From NCBI GenBank assembly GCA_951406725.2, contig OX597826.1:78554001-78618000 (forward strand): 64,000 nt of DNA. The letters are read 5' to 3'. The position numbers and the translations under genes were made by a program. The stretch is from Octopus vulgaris (Eukaryota). Each line of letters starts with the position of its first letter. Position 1 is the first letter of the stretch. The notes beneath the pieces were generated by a model that was given only the letters and a program-made list of their open reading frames with translations, searched no databases and was not told the origin of the DNA. Positions 14,861 through 29,346 of this stretch are shown in pieces.

Positions 14861-16779
14861 GAGTGCGTGTGTTCGTGTGTATGTGTGAGTGTTCATATAC
14901 GCGTCATAAGTCTTTTTATCATGTTAGATTATTCAAAGTGTTGTGACCACCAGTTTCAATTTCTTTCAAAGAAAATCGTCTGATGTCTGAGTTGGTGTCG
15001 GCTGCTTTAAGCGAGTTATGTAATTACCAGGCAGAAACATATATAATATAGCAAGCCGTTCTCTTCCTTTCAATTTTAGATTTTTCATTCATTCATCTTT
15101 CATTAATTTTTCTCTTTTTTCGGGGTTGTTTTTTTATTTCCTTTGTCTTTTTACCATCTCTGAAATTTTTTTCTTACAAATTTTTCGGTTGCTTCATCTT
15201 TATCCTAATCGTTTTGGGGTTCTTTATATTTTCCACCATCCCTTATTATTATCCCCTCCTATTCCTTCTCCCCACGCTTATTTTCTTTCTATGCTTCTGC
15301 CCACCACCAACCACGCTTCGTGCCTAATTTTAGTCCAAATCATTTGCCGCTTTAATCTCATTTAGATTGAACAAGTCTTGTCCACTTTAGTTTTCTTAAT
15401 CACTAGAAGCTGGTGTTTCACGATAATGTTGTGTGATAAAGATATTTTGAATCTATTGAAAGTCGGTTCAATAATTGATTGATTGATTCGTTATGGCGCA
15501 CATTAGTTAGTAGATTATCATCCACCAAGCAAACTGCCAGAGACACAAGGCAAACCAAGGCAAGGAAAAGACAAGGCAAGGTAAAACACACAGAGAATAC
15601 GTTCTTGCTCGCTGCCTTGCTTCATTAGTCAGTTCAAATTTAACAAGCCGCCATTGAAATGAAATAAAAGAAGTTCTTTCAACTAAGATGGACACGACGT
15701 GGAAAAGAAACAGTCTATAACGCTTAGAAGAGAAGACGAGAAAATGGCGTCTCGAGCTGTCAATCAGAATCTGATTTTTCACCATTTTAGAGATTGTAAT
15801 TTTTTAAATTTTCCTTTTTTAATCTCTTTTTTGCGTTTAATCATAATAAAATCTTAAAAAGATAAACTAGTATCATCGAAAATAAAATTACCAAAGAAAA
15901 AAAACACAAAGCGAGCGGGAGAAATAACTGCTAAGCGTTACGGCTGTATTAATAGGGCTGGTTTTTACAAAAAGGTTTAACTTCGTTGTAGAGGCGAGGT
16001 GGCCCAAGTGATAAGTAATTTGCAAGTAAAATATATCGAGTGTCACAACTGACCAAGGGAAAAAAACTTAGAATTCATGGCTTTTTGTTTTTTCTTCAAC
16101 CGTTTGATCTTTTTTTTCTTTGCTGGGGGTTTCCTTTCGTTATTCCGCAACGCATGTACTAACGTTTGAGACCAATTTATGTTCTGTATTGAATGTCTTA
16201 TGACCAAATACATTGATTTATACTTCAAACGAAAGGAGGACGTTGATGTTGTGACGTTCACGCTTTTGACAAACACCATCAGTGGCTCGGTCGGAATTCT
16301 GTAACTAACTCAGCTTTTCGAGTTAAGGGCTACAAGTATATTGATTGGTTTCTTACTATGACACAAACTCTCACAGATCTGAAATGGATCGGATGACTCC
16401 ATGCTATCGATCACAATATATTACAGATAGCTATCATATCGATTCTAGAATAGATTTGAAAGGTAAGCACTGCCTTAACAGGATTCGAAATCTGAACTTA
16501 CTGAAGTGAAACTAAATTTAGTTTACATCTGCTGTGTTAGATAAGACGCAACTGGCAACAACACAAACACACTGTGTCAATCTAGGAAACAAGAAAACCT
16601 CTTCGTGGTTACTTGACATTTTTGAAATATCAGCCAAGTATCTGTGCAGTCACATACTAATGTCTTTAGGAATGAAGGATAAATAATGTCAAGTACTGTA
16701 AAACGTTTGCTGCGGTGTTGCATTATTCTGGAGACAAACATCATGAGCGCAAACACATTATATACGTTTAGCAAAGAAA

Positions 16780-16985
16780 AATCTACGTGGTTGCTCGACG
16801 TGTTAGAATAGCAACCAAATCTCCATAAAATCAACTTTCTTTCTCTTTTTAATAATATAGTTGGACAATATAATTCTAACACCACTATGCTTGGAAAATA
16901 AAATATGGCTGGTCATGGTTGATGCACCTTTGATCGTAGGTTTACCCGATCAGAACTGACCTGGAGCTAATCAACAAACATCAAC
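16780..16985 (+). repeat. Dispersed repeat family D (unclassified, ends in a CAA-rich tail)
   Basis: AATAGCAACCAAATCTCC..TGGTCATGG..GAACTGACCTGGAGCTAA. Related copies at about 19835-19995(-), 39700-39770 plus 40200-40625(+), 50800-50935(+) and 51910-52110(-). Confidence 0.6.
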
Positions 16986-17521
16986 ACCCTTCGTTTCAAA
17001 ACACGTTGTTTGGGGCTGAAATTTGCGCCGAAATTAACATAACAGAACCAGCTGCTTTATAGTATGTAATTCTGATTTGATTGTATCATATTTCTGAATT
17101 CATATCTCGCCAGTGTTGGCCCGCCATTGTCTTTCATCTCTCGTCTCTGCCAAGTCGATAATACAAGTACAAATAAGTCACATAATGCAGTCGATTAAAT
17201 CGAGTATATAATCGCCCTACCACGTTCCTCCGTAGAATAACGTAAATATTGTCTAGGAATCAAATCAATACTTCACACAATAATAGCCGTGAAGTGCCGT
17301 CAGATAAATGGTAAGCTGCTGGCGAAATAAATTAGGCGCGGGTATGGCTGTGTGTTTAGAATCTCGTTTTCCAGTCGCATGACGAGTTTCGATCCTTTTG
17401 CACAGTATTGTGGGCAAAATGGTTTTTTTGTGTTTTTTTTTTTTTTGCCATAGGTTCAGATTAACCACTATACTGTAGGTGGAATTTTTCAGGAGGAAAC
17501 AACGCGAAATCACGGCCATAT

Positions 17522-17631
<110 letters not shown>

Positions 17632-17633
17632 GT

Positions 17634-17874
17634 ATATAAATACAGTGTACATTTAAACACATAAGAGTTGGCCATAACAGGACATCTAACCCGCTAGAAG
17701 GAATAGTTAAAATCCAAACCACTATTTGGCGTAATTTCAAAGGGAATGAAAAATAAAAACATTCCCTTTCGAAATTACCCCTAAAGTGGTTTGGACTTTA
17801 ACTATTCCTTCTGGCGGATTAGATGTCCTGTTATGGTCATCTCTTATGCGTTTAAATGTATACTGTATTTATAT
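17634..17874. repeat. Long inverted repeat (arms of about 115 bp, 11-nt loop)
   Basis: 17634-17748 is the near-exact reverse complement of 17760-17874. Confidence 0.95.
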
Positions 17875-17971
17875 GAATAATATATAGTCTATTGACTAGT
17901 TCTTTCTTCACGCTAGACCACTTGTAGCAAAAATTTCTAAATTTTCTTTTTAACTACCCTGAATTTATTAA

Positions 17972-18018
<47 letters not shown>

Positions 18019-18061
18019 CCATCCAATAATTTTCTTTAAATTTTTAATCTATATCTATATC

Positions 18062-18345
<284 letters not shown>

Positions 18346-18502
18346 ATATAGTGAACACTCTCTTATATTTATTTTGTGAAAATATTATAATATGTTATAA
18401 AATATTATAATAATCCAGGTTTCTCGTAGCACTAGGCCACTTGGTGTGGAATAAATATACTATTAAATTAGTATCTAATTCTCTCACCCTTATTAATTAA
18501 TT

Positions 18503-18627
<125 letters not shown>

Positions 18628-18762
18628 ATTGCACGTTTAAATATTTCTGATAAAGGAACTGAAAGCAGGTAGGGAAACTTCAGGCTAAGAGGCCACTCGA
18701 TCAGCATAGATAACTACACACACACACACATACACTCATACACACACACACACACTCACACG

Positions 18763-18985
18763 TACGATCCGGTGCTGAAAGATTCCTGGCTGTGGGTAAA
18801 AGAAAACACAGGATGAGGACCAGTTATTATGATTTTATTCAACACATTCCCTTCTCAGATTCATACACTTATTGCAGCAGTCCTTCGGGTTTTCTAAACC
18901 CTGTAAAAGAACACGGAAGTTTGGGCTTCCAGCCAGGCCTTGCGTGATACCTTTAAAGCCCAAAACTTTTCAGCACCCCTTCGTA
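18763..18985. mobile_element. Mariner-derived MITE
   Basis: Imperfect TIRs TACGATCCGGTGCTGAAAG / CTTTTCAGCACCCCTTCGTA, TA at both ends, about 220 bp, non-coding. Confidence 0.75.
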
Positions 18986-19024
18986 CATACACGTTCAAGG
19001 GCACACACGCATTTCCATGTATAC

Positions 19025-19435
19025 TCTTTTACTTGTTTCAGTCATTTGACTGTGGCCATGCTGGAGCACAGTAGACCCCAGGACTTATTCTTTTATAAGC
19101 CTAGTACTTATTCTGTGGGTCTGGGTCTCTTTTGCCGAACCGCTAAGTTACGGGCAGGTAAACACACCAGCATCGGTTGTCAAGCGATGTTGGGGCGGGG
19201 GGACAAACACAGACACACAAAAATATACACACACAACCACACACGCACACACACACACATACATATATACGACGGGCTTCTTTCAGTTTCCGTCTACCAA
19301 ATCCACTCACAAGGCTTTGCTCGGCCCGAGGCTATAGTATAAAACACTTGCCCAAGGTGCCACGCAGTGGGACTGAACCCAGAACCTTGTGGTTCGTAAG
19401 CAACCTACTTACCACGCAGCCACTCCTACGCCTAT
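19025..19435 (-). mobile_element. SINE family B, near full length
   Basis: Head AGGCGTAGGAGTGGCTGCGTGGTAAG, CORE-like GGCACCTTGGGCAAGTG, internal (TG)n and tail. Confidence 0.88.
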
Positions 19436-22189
19436 ATATATATGTGTAAGCTTCGTTTTCTCTTTCTCTCTCTCTCTCTTTCTCACAACTACAACGCCAA
19501 GAATAAAACTATGCGCTTGGCACATAGTCCTTTACAATAATTGTTAGGCATCGACCAACAGGCATTTGCTTGATGCACTTTCAGAAATATAGCGAACCAG
19601 TGATTGTCCAATTGAAAATCTCAAACAACGACGCCATTGTTCATCAATTATAGAATATAAAATGTAAATACTTGAATATGAGAAGTGAGTTTGTAAATCA
19701 ACTTCGAAACAAGTTTGAAAAGAATCCAATTCCATGACCAAGATTTATGTCAAAGATCTTCATGCAACGAAGTTCCATTATCCCATATTTTTCAAACGTA
19801 ATTGGTAGTTAGTTTTATACCAATTGAAACTAGACCAAAGTCAGTCCAACCGTGACCACCACATCCTTTTTAAAGATGTGTAGAACTATATATCTCATAT
19901 GTTCTTTTCTACTTCAAGGCGGTAGGATGTGATTCAAGGGAAATTCAGCTGCTATTTCTAGCAGGATAAGCGAATACATAGAGTCGTCTACATTAGATGT
20001 GTACAACATGCAAAAAGAAAACGAAATGAAACCAACGTTTGACACTGGTATCACCATTGCTGCATAGCAAATTATTAAACCAATAGCGATTCTAGATTTC
20101 AAAATCAGTTCCAAGCATAAGCTGACAGCAGGGATCGAAACCAAGTGGATGCGCATTAAGATACGAAACCGGCGTATATTATTATCAACAGTCTACTCAC
20201 GCACACACATATTCACACACATGCACACACATGCACGTATACTCACACACATATATGCGTGATTCTCCACCGATTTCGACGAAGATTCAGTTGTTTGATT
20301 TGCTGATTTGCCTAGTCTTTGAATTACCGTACAGGTGGCTGGATATTCCACAGACAATGTACACAGTACTTTTCCATCCAATATTTTTTTTAATCTATAT
20401 CTACATTTATGTATTTTATTTACTTTTCTGTATAAATTAAGAAAGCCATGACAGAATGAAAACAGCTTCTAATCTCCCGCTAATAAAGTTTAGTGAAATT
20501 TTTAAAACTATTTAAATATATTTACTATTAAATATTTTGGCTGATTCTGTGTATTAAAAGAACTTAATAATGGTTAGTAGATCGTTGAAAATCAATTATT
20601 TCTTTTATATTAGTGATCTTTTGAAAATTGACTTCAATATTTTATCTCTTAATCTGATCGTCTGTTTCATTGAAATATATATTTTCAGTTACTGAATAGT
20701 CTTCACTAGAATATAAAGGTGATTTCCATACGACCTATTCATACAAATATATAATTTAAAGAAATATGACCCGTACGCAACAAATACAATCTTCGTGTAT
20801 TTGTATTGTTTGGAAACTGATAAGTTTTACATGATGATAGATTTGGCTAAGATCATGGAGGATTAAATTTTGATAGTATATCTATTGATTCTTCAAATAT
20901 TTCTCACCTTTACCAAAATATGTTTTTCCTAACAGATTTTTCCTTGAGTGATTTTCGAATCTAATCTTTATAATTTCTTTTTGGAATCTCTTTCTTGTTA
21001 ATTTCATCTACTTTATGGTTTCTGCTACAATATTCCTTTATAACCCGGCATTGAATTCATTGTTATTTGTTGTTGTTTTTTTATATGTTCAGATAATACT
21101 TACTTAAAACAGTAATCGTTCAATTGTTTTACTTTCGATTCTTTTTTTTTTTTATCGTGACTTCTTTTTCTTGGCTCAAATAAATCTTGATTAGATAAAA
21201 TATCACTAAACAAAAAAAGCATTTGTCTATGGAATTTCTGAAACAGAATCACAAGATGCTGCTCTCCACCATTCTGCATAACATATTGTAAAATCTTAAT
21301 ATGACATCAATTTAATATTTTTATTATGTTCAAAATTCCAAGTAGCTCCATTGTCTGAACTTGACTCCAGTTGATTATACAACCTCATTGAAAGATATTT
21401 TGTTTTCTCGTTTGATATTTTTTTATCATTCTTAAAGGATTTGAATTCTTCTTTCATGGTGTTTACTAACCTCTTTTGTGTATTTCAATTAATCAAGTTG
21501 CAATTTTCACTTTCAAAATCTTCCTTCAATAAACGGATATGAATTAACAGCGCTTCATAAAAAAAATAGCTTAATTCTGCGTAAATCTTTTTGTTTGTTT
21601 GCTTGTTTTTTTTTTATTTTTATTTTTCAGTTTTTCGTATTTGAGTCGGAACTTCTTCAAAAGTTTATAGTCGTATCTCTACGAATTTATATCCTACCAA
21701 CAAACTTTAACATTTATACTGCGCTTATTATATAAGTCTTAGCGTTATATATAAAACGACTGGTTTTTTTAAGATAATTTTCTTAGCGAGTACTTAAGAC
21801 AAATTTCTCAATTCAATCTTATCGTAACAAAATACCAGGAATCGTTTTTTAAATATATTATATTGCATCAATAACTAATATTTTCGGGTTTGTACATATT
21901 GTAGCTGACTTTTTATCATCTTGTACTTTTTATCCACCTATTTTCTTACAGCAAAAAGGAAGCAACATATCTTTTATATATTCACATGCAAAAAAAAAAA
22001 GAACATGTGATATTGTCATGTCGAATACATACGAGAACCAAGACAGTTGGCACTAACGAAGTTGGTAAATAATAGGCTCCTTTTCCATATGACCACTGTT
22101 CATAGGAAGGCAAATGTAGTATGTGGGATATAAGCTCTTTTAATTAATTCTTTGGAAATTCTTTAATAAACATCGAAGGAATTGGTTTC

Positions 22190-23760
22190 GAGAATTGATG
22201 AATCCTTATGTTTTGTTCAAAATTACAAAAATATTCTATTCGAATGTCATACTTCTATGAGACACAAGGATCACACCTTCCGAAGTAATTAATGAAGGGG
22301 GTAGTTTTCTTTTATGGAACGTTTGAACAGGGGGTTTTATAGCAGTTTATATTATCATAGTTTAAACTTCAGATATGTCTGGGTTGGCGTCTGAAGTTAT
22401 AAATGTGTTCCAAAAAACTTTTTTATAAAGGGATTTTCAGTAAGCTATACACAACTTTTTGCTTCGCAGTTATTTGCTAAATATTTAGCTTCAATTAAGA
22501 AACAAAACGTGAGGTATTAAGATCATTTGTACAATAGGTCATCTCTGTTTGCATTTGCTTTGAAAGCTACGAGTATTTCGGTACACCAATAGCTCAGCTT
22601 TTATGTATTTGAATTAAAGAATGTAGATCTCTTCACAGAAATGCTTATTATATGATTTAGAAATGAAATCATGGCAACGATAGCATTAACATTTAAACTA
22701 TATAGTGGATTATATCACATGATATTTCGTTCCCTATCTTTGCATTTATGAGTATTTAATGTTGTTGTTCTGTATGTAATGTATATCTTTGAAGCTACTC
22801 TCATTTACTGTATCATTGCTAAATTGAGCAGTATGAAAATAAGGTATTCAATTACTAATATTATTAAATATGCTTTTATAGGTTTTATAGAATCTATATT
22901 AGATTTATATTAAGGGGTATTTTTATCAGTTCGTAAATCTGGAATTACATCTAAGAAATTAACAATATTTGATTTGTATTCACGGTAGTCTTTAAATGAA
23001 ATCTTCTGAATGCGTTGATGAAGTCCTTCCAAACAGCACCCGTTGTATGGCCATTCATAGATCACAAAAGGAATGCTTCATAGTCCGGTGAGAGACCGAA
23101 CTCTAAGGAATAGATTTCTTCCGAATTATGTCTAAAAATCATATCAATTCAGAAACCTCAGCTTCATTGTGTTATCTCGTTGGTCTCTCAAATAACTACT
23201 GGTCATTAAATTTATCCCTACATACAAAAAAAAGTAATCTTAAAATAACAAAGATTTTCCTGCATGTATAATAAATATTGATGTCTGAATTGCTGACTGG
23301 AATAAAACCAATTCTGTTTTCTGTAGCTTTTTCATGAAGGTTTCAGTTATGTATGGATAGAATTCTTCATATCAAGCTGCATAAATTCACAGTGTTTATG
23401 ATCCATGTTACTGGGCCACGCGATAATTGATAGACTTTAAAGAGATGGAAGTGATCTTTTTATTCTAAACCTGCTGGAATCTAAAATATTTTACTGTTCC
23501 TGAGTTATCTTACTTTTTCCTGTATTTATCAATCTACATTTAAAAGTGCAATAAAATAATCTTTATGATCTTTAAAATAATGGCTCGATAAGCTATGATC
23601 TTTGCCTCTCAAAAACGCATAATTTGTTATTTTAGCTTTTTACAATCTCGGACAAAACCGAACTTGGCAAATCCTTGGAAATTTTTCCAGCGATATACGT
23701 TGAGGGATTTCTAACTATCATCTGATTAAAATGGTTTATTTTCTATATATGATAGGAATG
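22190..23760 (-). pseudogene. Heavily decayed Penelope-like element (RT + GIY-YIG endonuclease)
   Basis: Manual minus-strand translation across frameshifts gives ordered motifs LKDHKD (about 23570), KCRLIN (23530), QLD..EFYP (23365), VNFLDV (22955), RNI..YNPLYSLNV (22710), KLSY and RCDPCVS (22270). Confidence 0.75.
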
Positions 23761-23869
23761 CAGTTTTACATAAACACTAATGCTTCATCAACAATACTTA
23801 TCGCCTTCCTTTTGTGTGTTTTACACATATGAAACTGAAAACAAGAAAATATCGCTCGTGTATGTATAT

Positions 23870-24203
23870 ATACATACATACATAACTTAATTGCATCTGA
23901 CATACATGCATGCAAGCATACATACATACATACATACATACATACATACATACATACATACATGCATACATACATACAAGCATACATACATACACACATA
24001 CATACATACATACATACATACATACATGCAACATACATATAGAGGAGGTGGTGGTGGCGGCGGCGGCGACGATGATGATGATAATGATAATGATGGTAGT
24101 GGTGAGAGGGTGGTGGTGGTGGTGGTGGTGGTGGTGGTGGTGGTGGTGGTGGTGGTGGAGGAGGAGGAGGAGGAGGAGGAGGAGGAGGAGAAAGAGGAGG
24201 AGG
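23870..24203. repeat. Compound (CATA)n-(GAT)n-(GGT)n-(GAG)n microsatellite
   Basis: Read directly. Confidence 0.95.
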
Positions 24204-24971
24204 ACACAAATATAACTCATAATTTCTTTGTGGATGACCTGAAGATCTATGCTAATAACAATGTTTACAATTGAAAATAGCGTAACTGGAATTAATAAAC
24301 GCGGTCAGCTGGGAGGAGTGGAATGGAATTTGGCTGAAAGACGTGTTTGTATTTGATCATTGAACATTTGAGAATTAGTCCTCGAAATCTCCGTCTCTTC
24401 TGTTCCACACAAAGAACGCTACAAATATCTGGGAATCGCTGACAACAATTCATACGACGATGCTGTGAACCTGGAATTCTACTTCAGGCAAACTCTCCCC
24501 TTACAACAAAACAATATTCCACAATGCAGTCGTAGTACCAGTGCTGATACAAACTTTTGGGATACTTCACTTATCTTAACAGGAAACTTACTCTGTAGAT
24601 ATTAAAAACCACAAAATCCTGGCATTGACTTTGATTTTCAACAGAAACATTAATATCGACAGACTCAGTCTAAGAAGAAATGAAGGGGTCAGAAACAGCC
24701 TTCGAATGTCCTACAGTATTCCTCAGGCAGCACCCGCAAACAACAGCAGCAAATGCTAATACATAGATTGAACGCTTAAAAGCAAAGACAACAGCATCCT
24801 ACACGTTGGCAGTGAGTTCCACGGGAAGCACTGAAGCTTATGCGTGGGTACCGCAAACAACATTTGTATTGGCATGAAATGTAATCTTTCTTGGACATGT
24901 TACCATATTACTCTTCAAAGGTCGTGCATTTGCAATCCAAAAGCAGACGATTACTACAAAATGTATATATA

Positions 24972-25201
24972 TATTTCTTTACTACCCACAAGGGGCTAAA
25001 CATAGAGGGGACAAACAAGGACAGACAAATGGATTAAGTCGATTACATCGACCCCAGTGCGTAACTGGTACTTAATTTATCGATCCCGAAAGGATGAAAG
25101 GCAAAGTCGACCTCAGCGGAATTTGAACTCAGAACAACGGTAGACGAAATACGGCTACGCATTTCCCCCGGCGTGCTAACGTTTCTGCCAGCACGCCGCC
25201 C
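24972..25201 (-). mobile_element. SINE family A monomer
   Basis: Full head and tail. TSD of about 21 bp, TTACTACAAAATGTATATATA, at 24951-24971 and 25202-25222. Confidence 0.93.
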
Positions 25202-25568
25202 TTACTACAAAATGTATATATAACGAAGGAAAGACAGGGAGAGCCTGAGATGCAACCGAAAACATAGATTATGCCTGTTGAAGACGTCACACATGTGACC
25301 AACAGTTGCCCCAAAATGTCATCAAGTTACCTCCATCCTAACCCAATACGATATGACATTATCGCTAAAACAATATACAATGCTACCCAAAAACAGAATA
25401 TCCGAGGGTAGCGGTAGAGAATCCTCCTGCTATTAGATATAGAAACATCAAGGAATGGTGAAGCATAACCATCAAACTTTCTACCAAGTGCAAACATAAC
25501 AGTACGAATGTAAGTTGTTTGGGAGACAAGAATAGGTATGTACCGTCAAAGATGTCTGCTGACCAAGT

Positions 25569-25951
25569 GGAAGCACTCCGTCGGTTACGACGACGAGGGT
25601 TCCGGTTGATCCGAATCAACGGAACTGCCTGCTCGTGAAATTAACATGTAAGTGGCTGAGCACTCCACAGACATGTGTACCCTTAGCGTAGTTCTCGGGG
25701 ATATTCAGCGTGACACAGAGAGTGACAAGGCCGGCCCTTTGAAATACAGGTACAACAGAAACAGGAAGTAAGAGTGAGAGAATGTTGTGGTGAGAGAGTA
25801 CAGCAGGGATCACCACCATCCCCTGCCGGAGCCTCGTGGAGCTTTAGGTGTTTTCGCTCAATAAACACTCACAACGCCCGGTCTGGGAATCGAAACCGCA
25901 ATCCTATGACCGCGAGTCCGCTGCCCTAACCACTAGGCCATTGCGCCTCCA
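25569..25951 (-). mobile_element. tRNA-derived SINE family C, full length
   Basis: Head GGAGGCGCAATGGCCTAGTGGTTAGGGC..GGTTTCGATTCC. 13-bp TSD CTGCTGACCAAGT at 25556-25568 and 25952-25964. Confidence 0.92.
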
Positions 25952-26339
25952 CTGCTGACCAAGTAATGTGAACATGTCTACGAAAATAAAAGAGAAAGAG
26001 GATAACGATGGACAACTGCTTCGAAACTCCCAGCTTCAATACTCAAGTTATATATGATACCATATTTATACCAGTAATAATGGCACTTGGTTTTATGAGC
26101 AAATAATTAAGTAAAAATCTGGGGTTTTCAGAAAATGAAATCAACCATCAAACGCACCGACTACAAATATTATCAGTAAATGGAACGGTAAAAATATGCA
26201 AGACTTTTCTCAAATTTGAAATGTGACATTGTTCTTTATGTATATTCCAATGTCGGAGCTTTGTATTTTTGTTAGAAACCAGCTCCTGCCTTACAAGAAT
26301 ATACACATACATGCATAAATATATACACACATAAACAGA

Positions 26340-26393
26340 GATGTATAAACAATATTATATTTGTATATACATAGGTATATATATATGTATATA

Positions 26394-26491
<98 letters not shown>

Positions 26492-26568
26492 CATTGTGTG
26501 TGCATATATATGTGTGTGTATCTATCTGTCAATATATATATATATATATACACATATATATTTATATA

Positions 26569-26606
<38 letters not shown>

Positions 26607-26932
26607 TATATACATATGTATGTGTGTGTGTATGTATATGTAGTGTCACTGATCACACGATTCACGTGATCAATGATATAGTGAAAAACTTGGGAAGTAG
26701 CAGACGATATTATTCCTTGTTTGTAAATCCAAACCTAAACACAAACACACACATACTCACTTGCACATGCATACACGCACGCACAAACATTAACACAGGT
26801 AAACACACACACACACACATGTATATTTAAATGTACATCAAAAGATATCCATCGTACACCTACCTATATTTATCATATCTACCTAAATGTATGAAGCTAC
26901 TTTCAAACAATTCCTCGGTTATCCAAATCCTC

Positions 26933-26987
<55 letters not shown>

Positions 26988-27653
26988 TGTGTGTGTGTGT
27001 GTGTGCGTGTGTGTGTGTGTGCGTGCGTGTGTGATGGTCTACACGCGCACATTCGGCGACCATTAAATTTAAAGCTTATCACAAGACGAAACAAAAATAT
27101 ATGTATGGCTAGAAACATATTCTCACAGACATACACACACACCCACACACACATACTCATATATCTTACACACAAATACACATATAGACACGCACACATA
27201 TATATATACGCAAACATAAACACATGCACACCCACGCACGTGCACATATAAACGAAAAGCACACATACACACACACACATACATGTTCACACACAAATAC
27301 ACACAATTATATATATACGCAAAAATACACACATGCGCACACACGCACATACACATATACACGCAATCACACACACACACACACACACACAAATACTCAT
27401 ATATGCTCACACACAAATACACACACAGATACACACATATATATACGCAAACATACACACATGCACACGCACGCACGTACACATATACACGCAAACACAC
27501 ACACACACACATACACACACACACACTCATATATGCTCACATACAAATACACGAACAGACACACACACACACACACGCACACACATATATATATATATAT
27601 ATATACGCAAACATACTCACATACACACGCACGCACGTACACATATACACGCA

Positions 27654-27721
<68 letters not shown>

Positions 27722-28263
27722 CAAACAGCTACACATACACATTCATAAGCGTGAACACACTTGGACACATACGTTGGATATTTATAATTACAGAAATGTA
27801 TGTTTAAGACGTATATATATATATATATATATACATATAAGCATTTAAGCAGACACCTCTTCACACACACACACACACACACACACAGACGCATACACAT
27901 ACACATAGTCACATGTATGTATATGTATACGTGTGTGTGTGTGTGTCTGCGTCTTTCGTCCTGCATTTATCTGTGTACGTACATTAGTGTGTGTGCGCGT
28001 GTGTATATACATATACACGTACTCACACACACACGCACACACACATATACACACACATGTATGTATTATGTATTTGTGTGTCTATGTATTACTCTCGCTC
28101 TATCCCCAGCACTCACTGTCTCTCACTCTCTCTCTCTATATATATATATATTGCGTATGTGTGTGTGAATGTATGTGTGTGTATGTGTTTGTGTGAGTGT
28201 GTATATCTATGAATGTATATATATGTATGTATGTATGTATGTGCATATATATATATATATATG

Positions 28264-28298
<35 letters not shown>

Positions 28299-28352
28299 GC
28301 ATGTATATATGTATGTATATATATATATATATGCGTGTGTGTGTGTACATAC

Positions 28353-28424
<72 letters not shown>

Positions 28425-28488
28425 GTATGTATGTATGTATGTATATATATGTGTGTGCGTGTGTGTGTGTGTATGTGTGTGTGCATAC

Positions 28489-28547
<59 letters not shown>

Positions 28548-29032
28548 CAAATATTAAGAGCGTGCAGAGGTATGTGTGGCTATATGACAGCCTCCGTGCA
28601 GTTTAAACGTGATATACCGCATGGTTTGTAGAATATCATTAGATAAACGATCGAAGCCTTATCTAAGCTACAAGAATTCTTCACTGAAATTGACGTATAG
28701 GATCGCCATTTTCAAAACACCATTATCATCGGCTGAACCTAGAGAGTTGGCGCCGTTAAATCAACAAAGAACAAAGAATTTACTTCGGCCTACCCAACTC
28801 CTTCTCCCATACCATCCATCAATTTTTTTTTCACTACCTTTCACGCCTGCTCTCTTCTCTTCTCTCTCTCTCTCTCCCCCTTTCTCTCCCTCTCTCTCTT
28901 TCTTTCTCTTTCTCTCTCTCTCTCTCTCACACACACACGCTCTCTTTCTCTTTTCCTTTCTCTCTCTTTCTCTTTTCCTTTCTCTCTCTTTCTCTTTTCC
29001 TTTCTCTCTCTTTATCTATCTACTTATATATA

Positions 29033-29074
<42 letters not shown>

Positions 29075-29138
29075 TCGTTTCATCCTTCACTTTCTTTCTC
29101 ATACATTTTATATCACTTGTTCTCATATTCTCTCTTTA

Positions 29139-29172
<34 letters not shown>

Positions 29173-29291
29173 CCTCTCTTCATTTCTCCTAGTCTATCAA
29201 TCGTTCTATCTATCTTTCAATCTATCTTTTCTCTCTATCGTTTCTTTCCTTCCATTCTTAGAGTCCATGCTTTCTTATGTCTCTCCACCCG

Positions 29292-29346
<55 letters not shown>

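Larger units (their letters stand above)
24205..26300 (+). mobile_element. Decayed 5'-truncated RLE-type (R4/Dong-like) non-LTR retrotransposon interrupted by two SINEs
   Basis: THNFFVDDLKIYA (RT motif, about 24227), AFAIQ, EDVTHVTNSCPKMS (zinc knuckle), KCKHN, FIPVIM and GTVKICKTF appear in the expected order. Confidence 0.8.

Noticed and set aside
22020-23100. Possible Maverick/PolB or viral insertion (SLYP and YE..NGC-like words)
   Set aside because: These are isolated words. The ordered Penelope RT/GIY-YIG motifs explain the region better.
25880-25951. tRNA gene candidates (also the heads of SINE families A and B)
   Set aside because: A/B-box heads continue into SINE bodies with TSDs; no complete cloverleaf or terminator.
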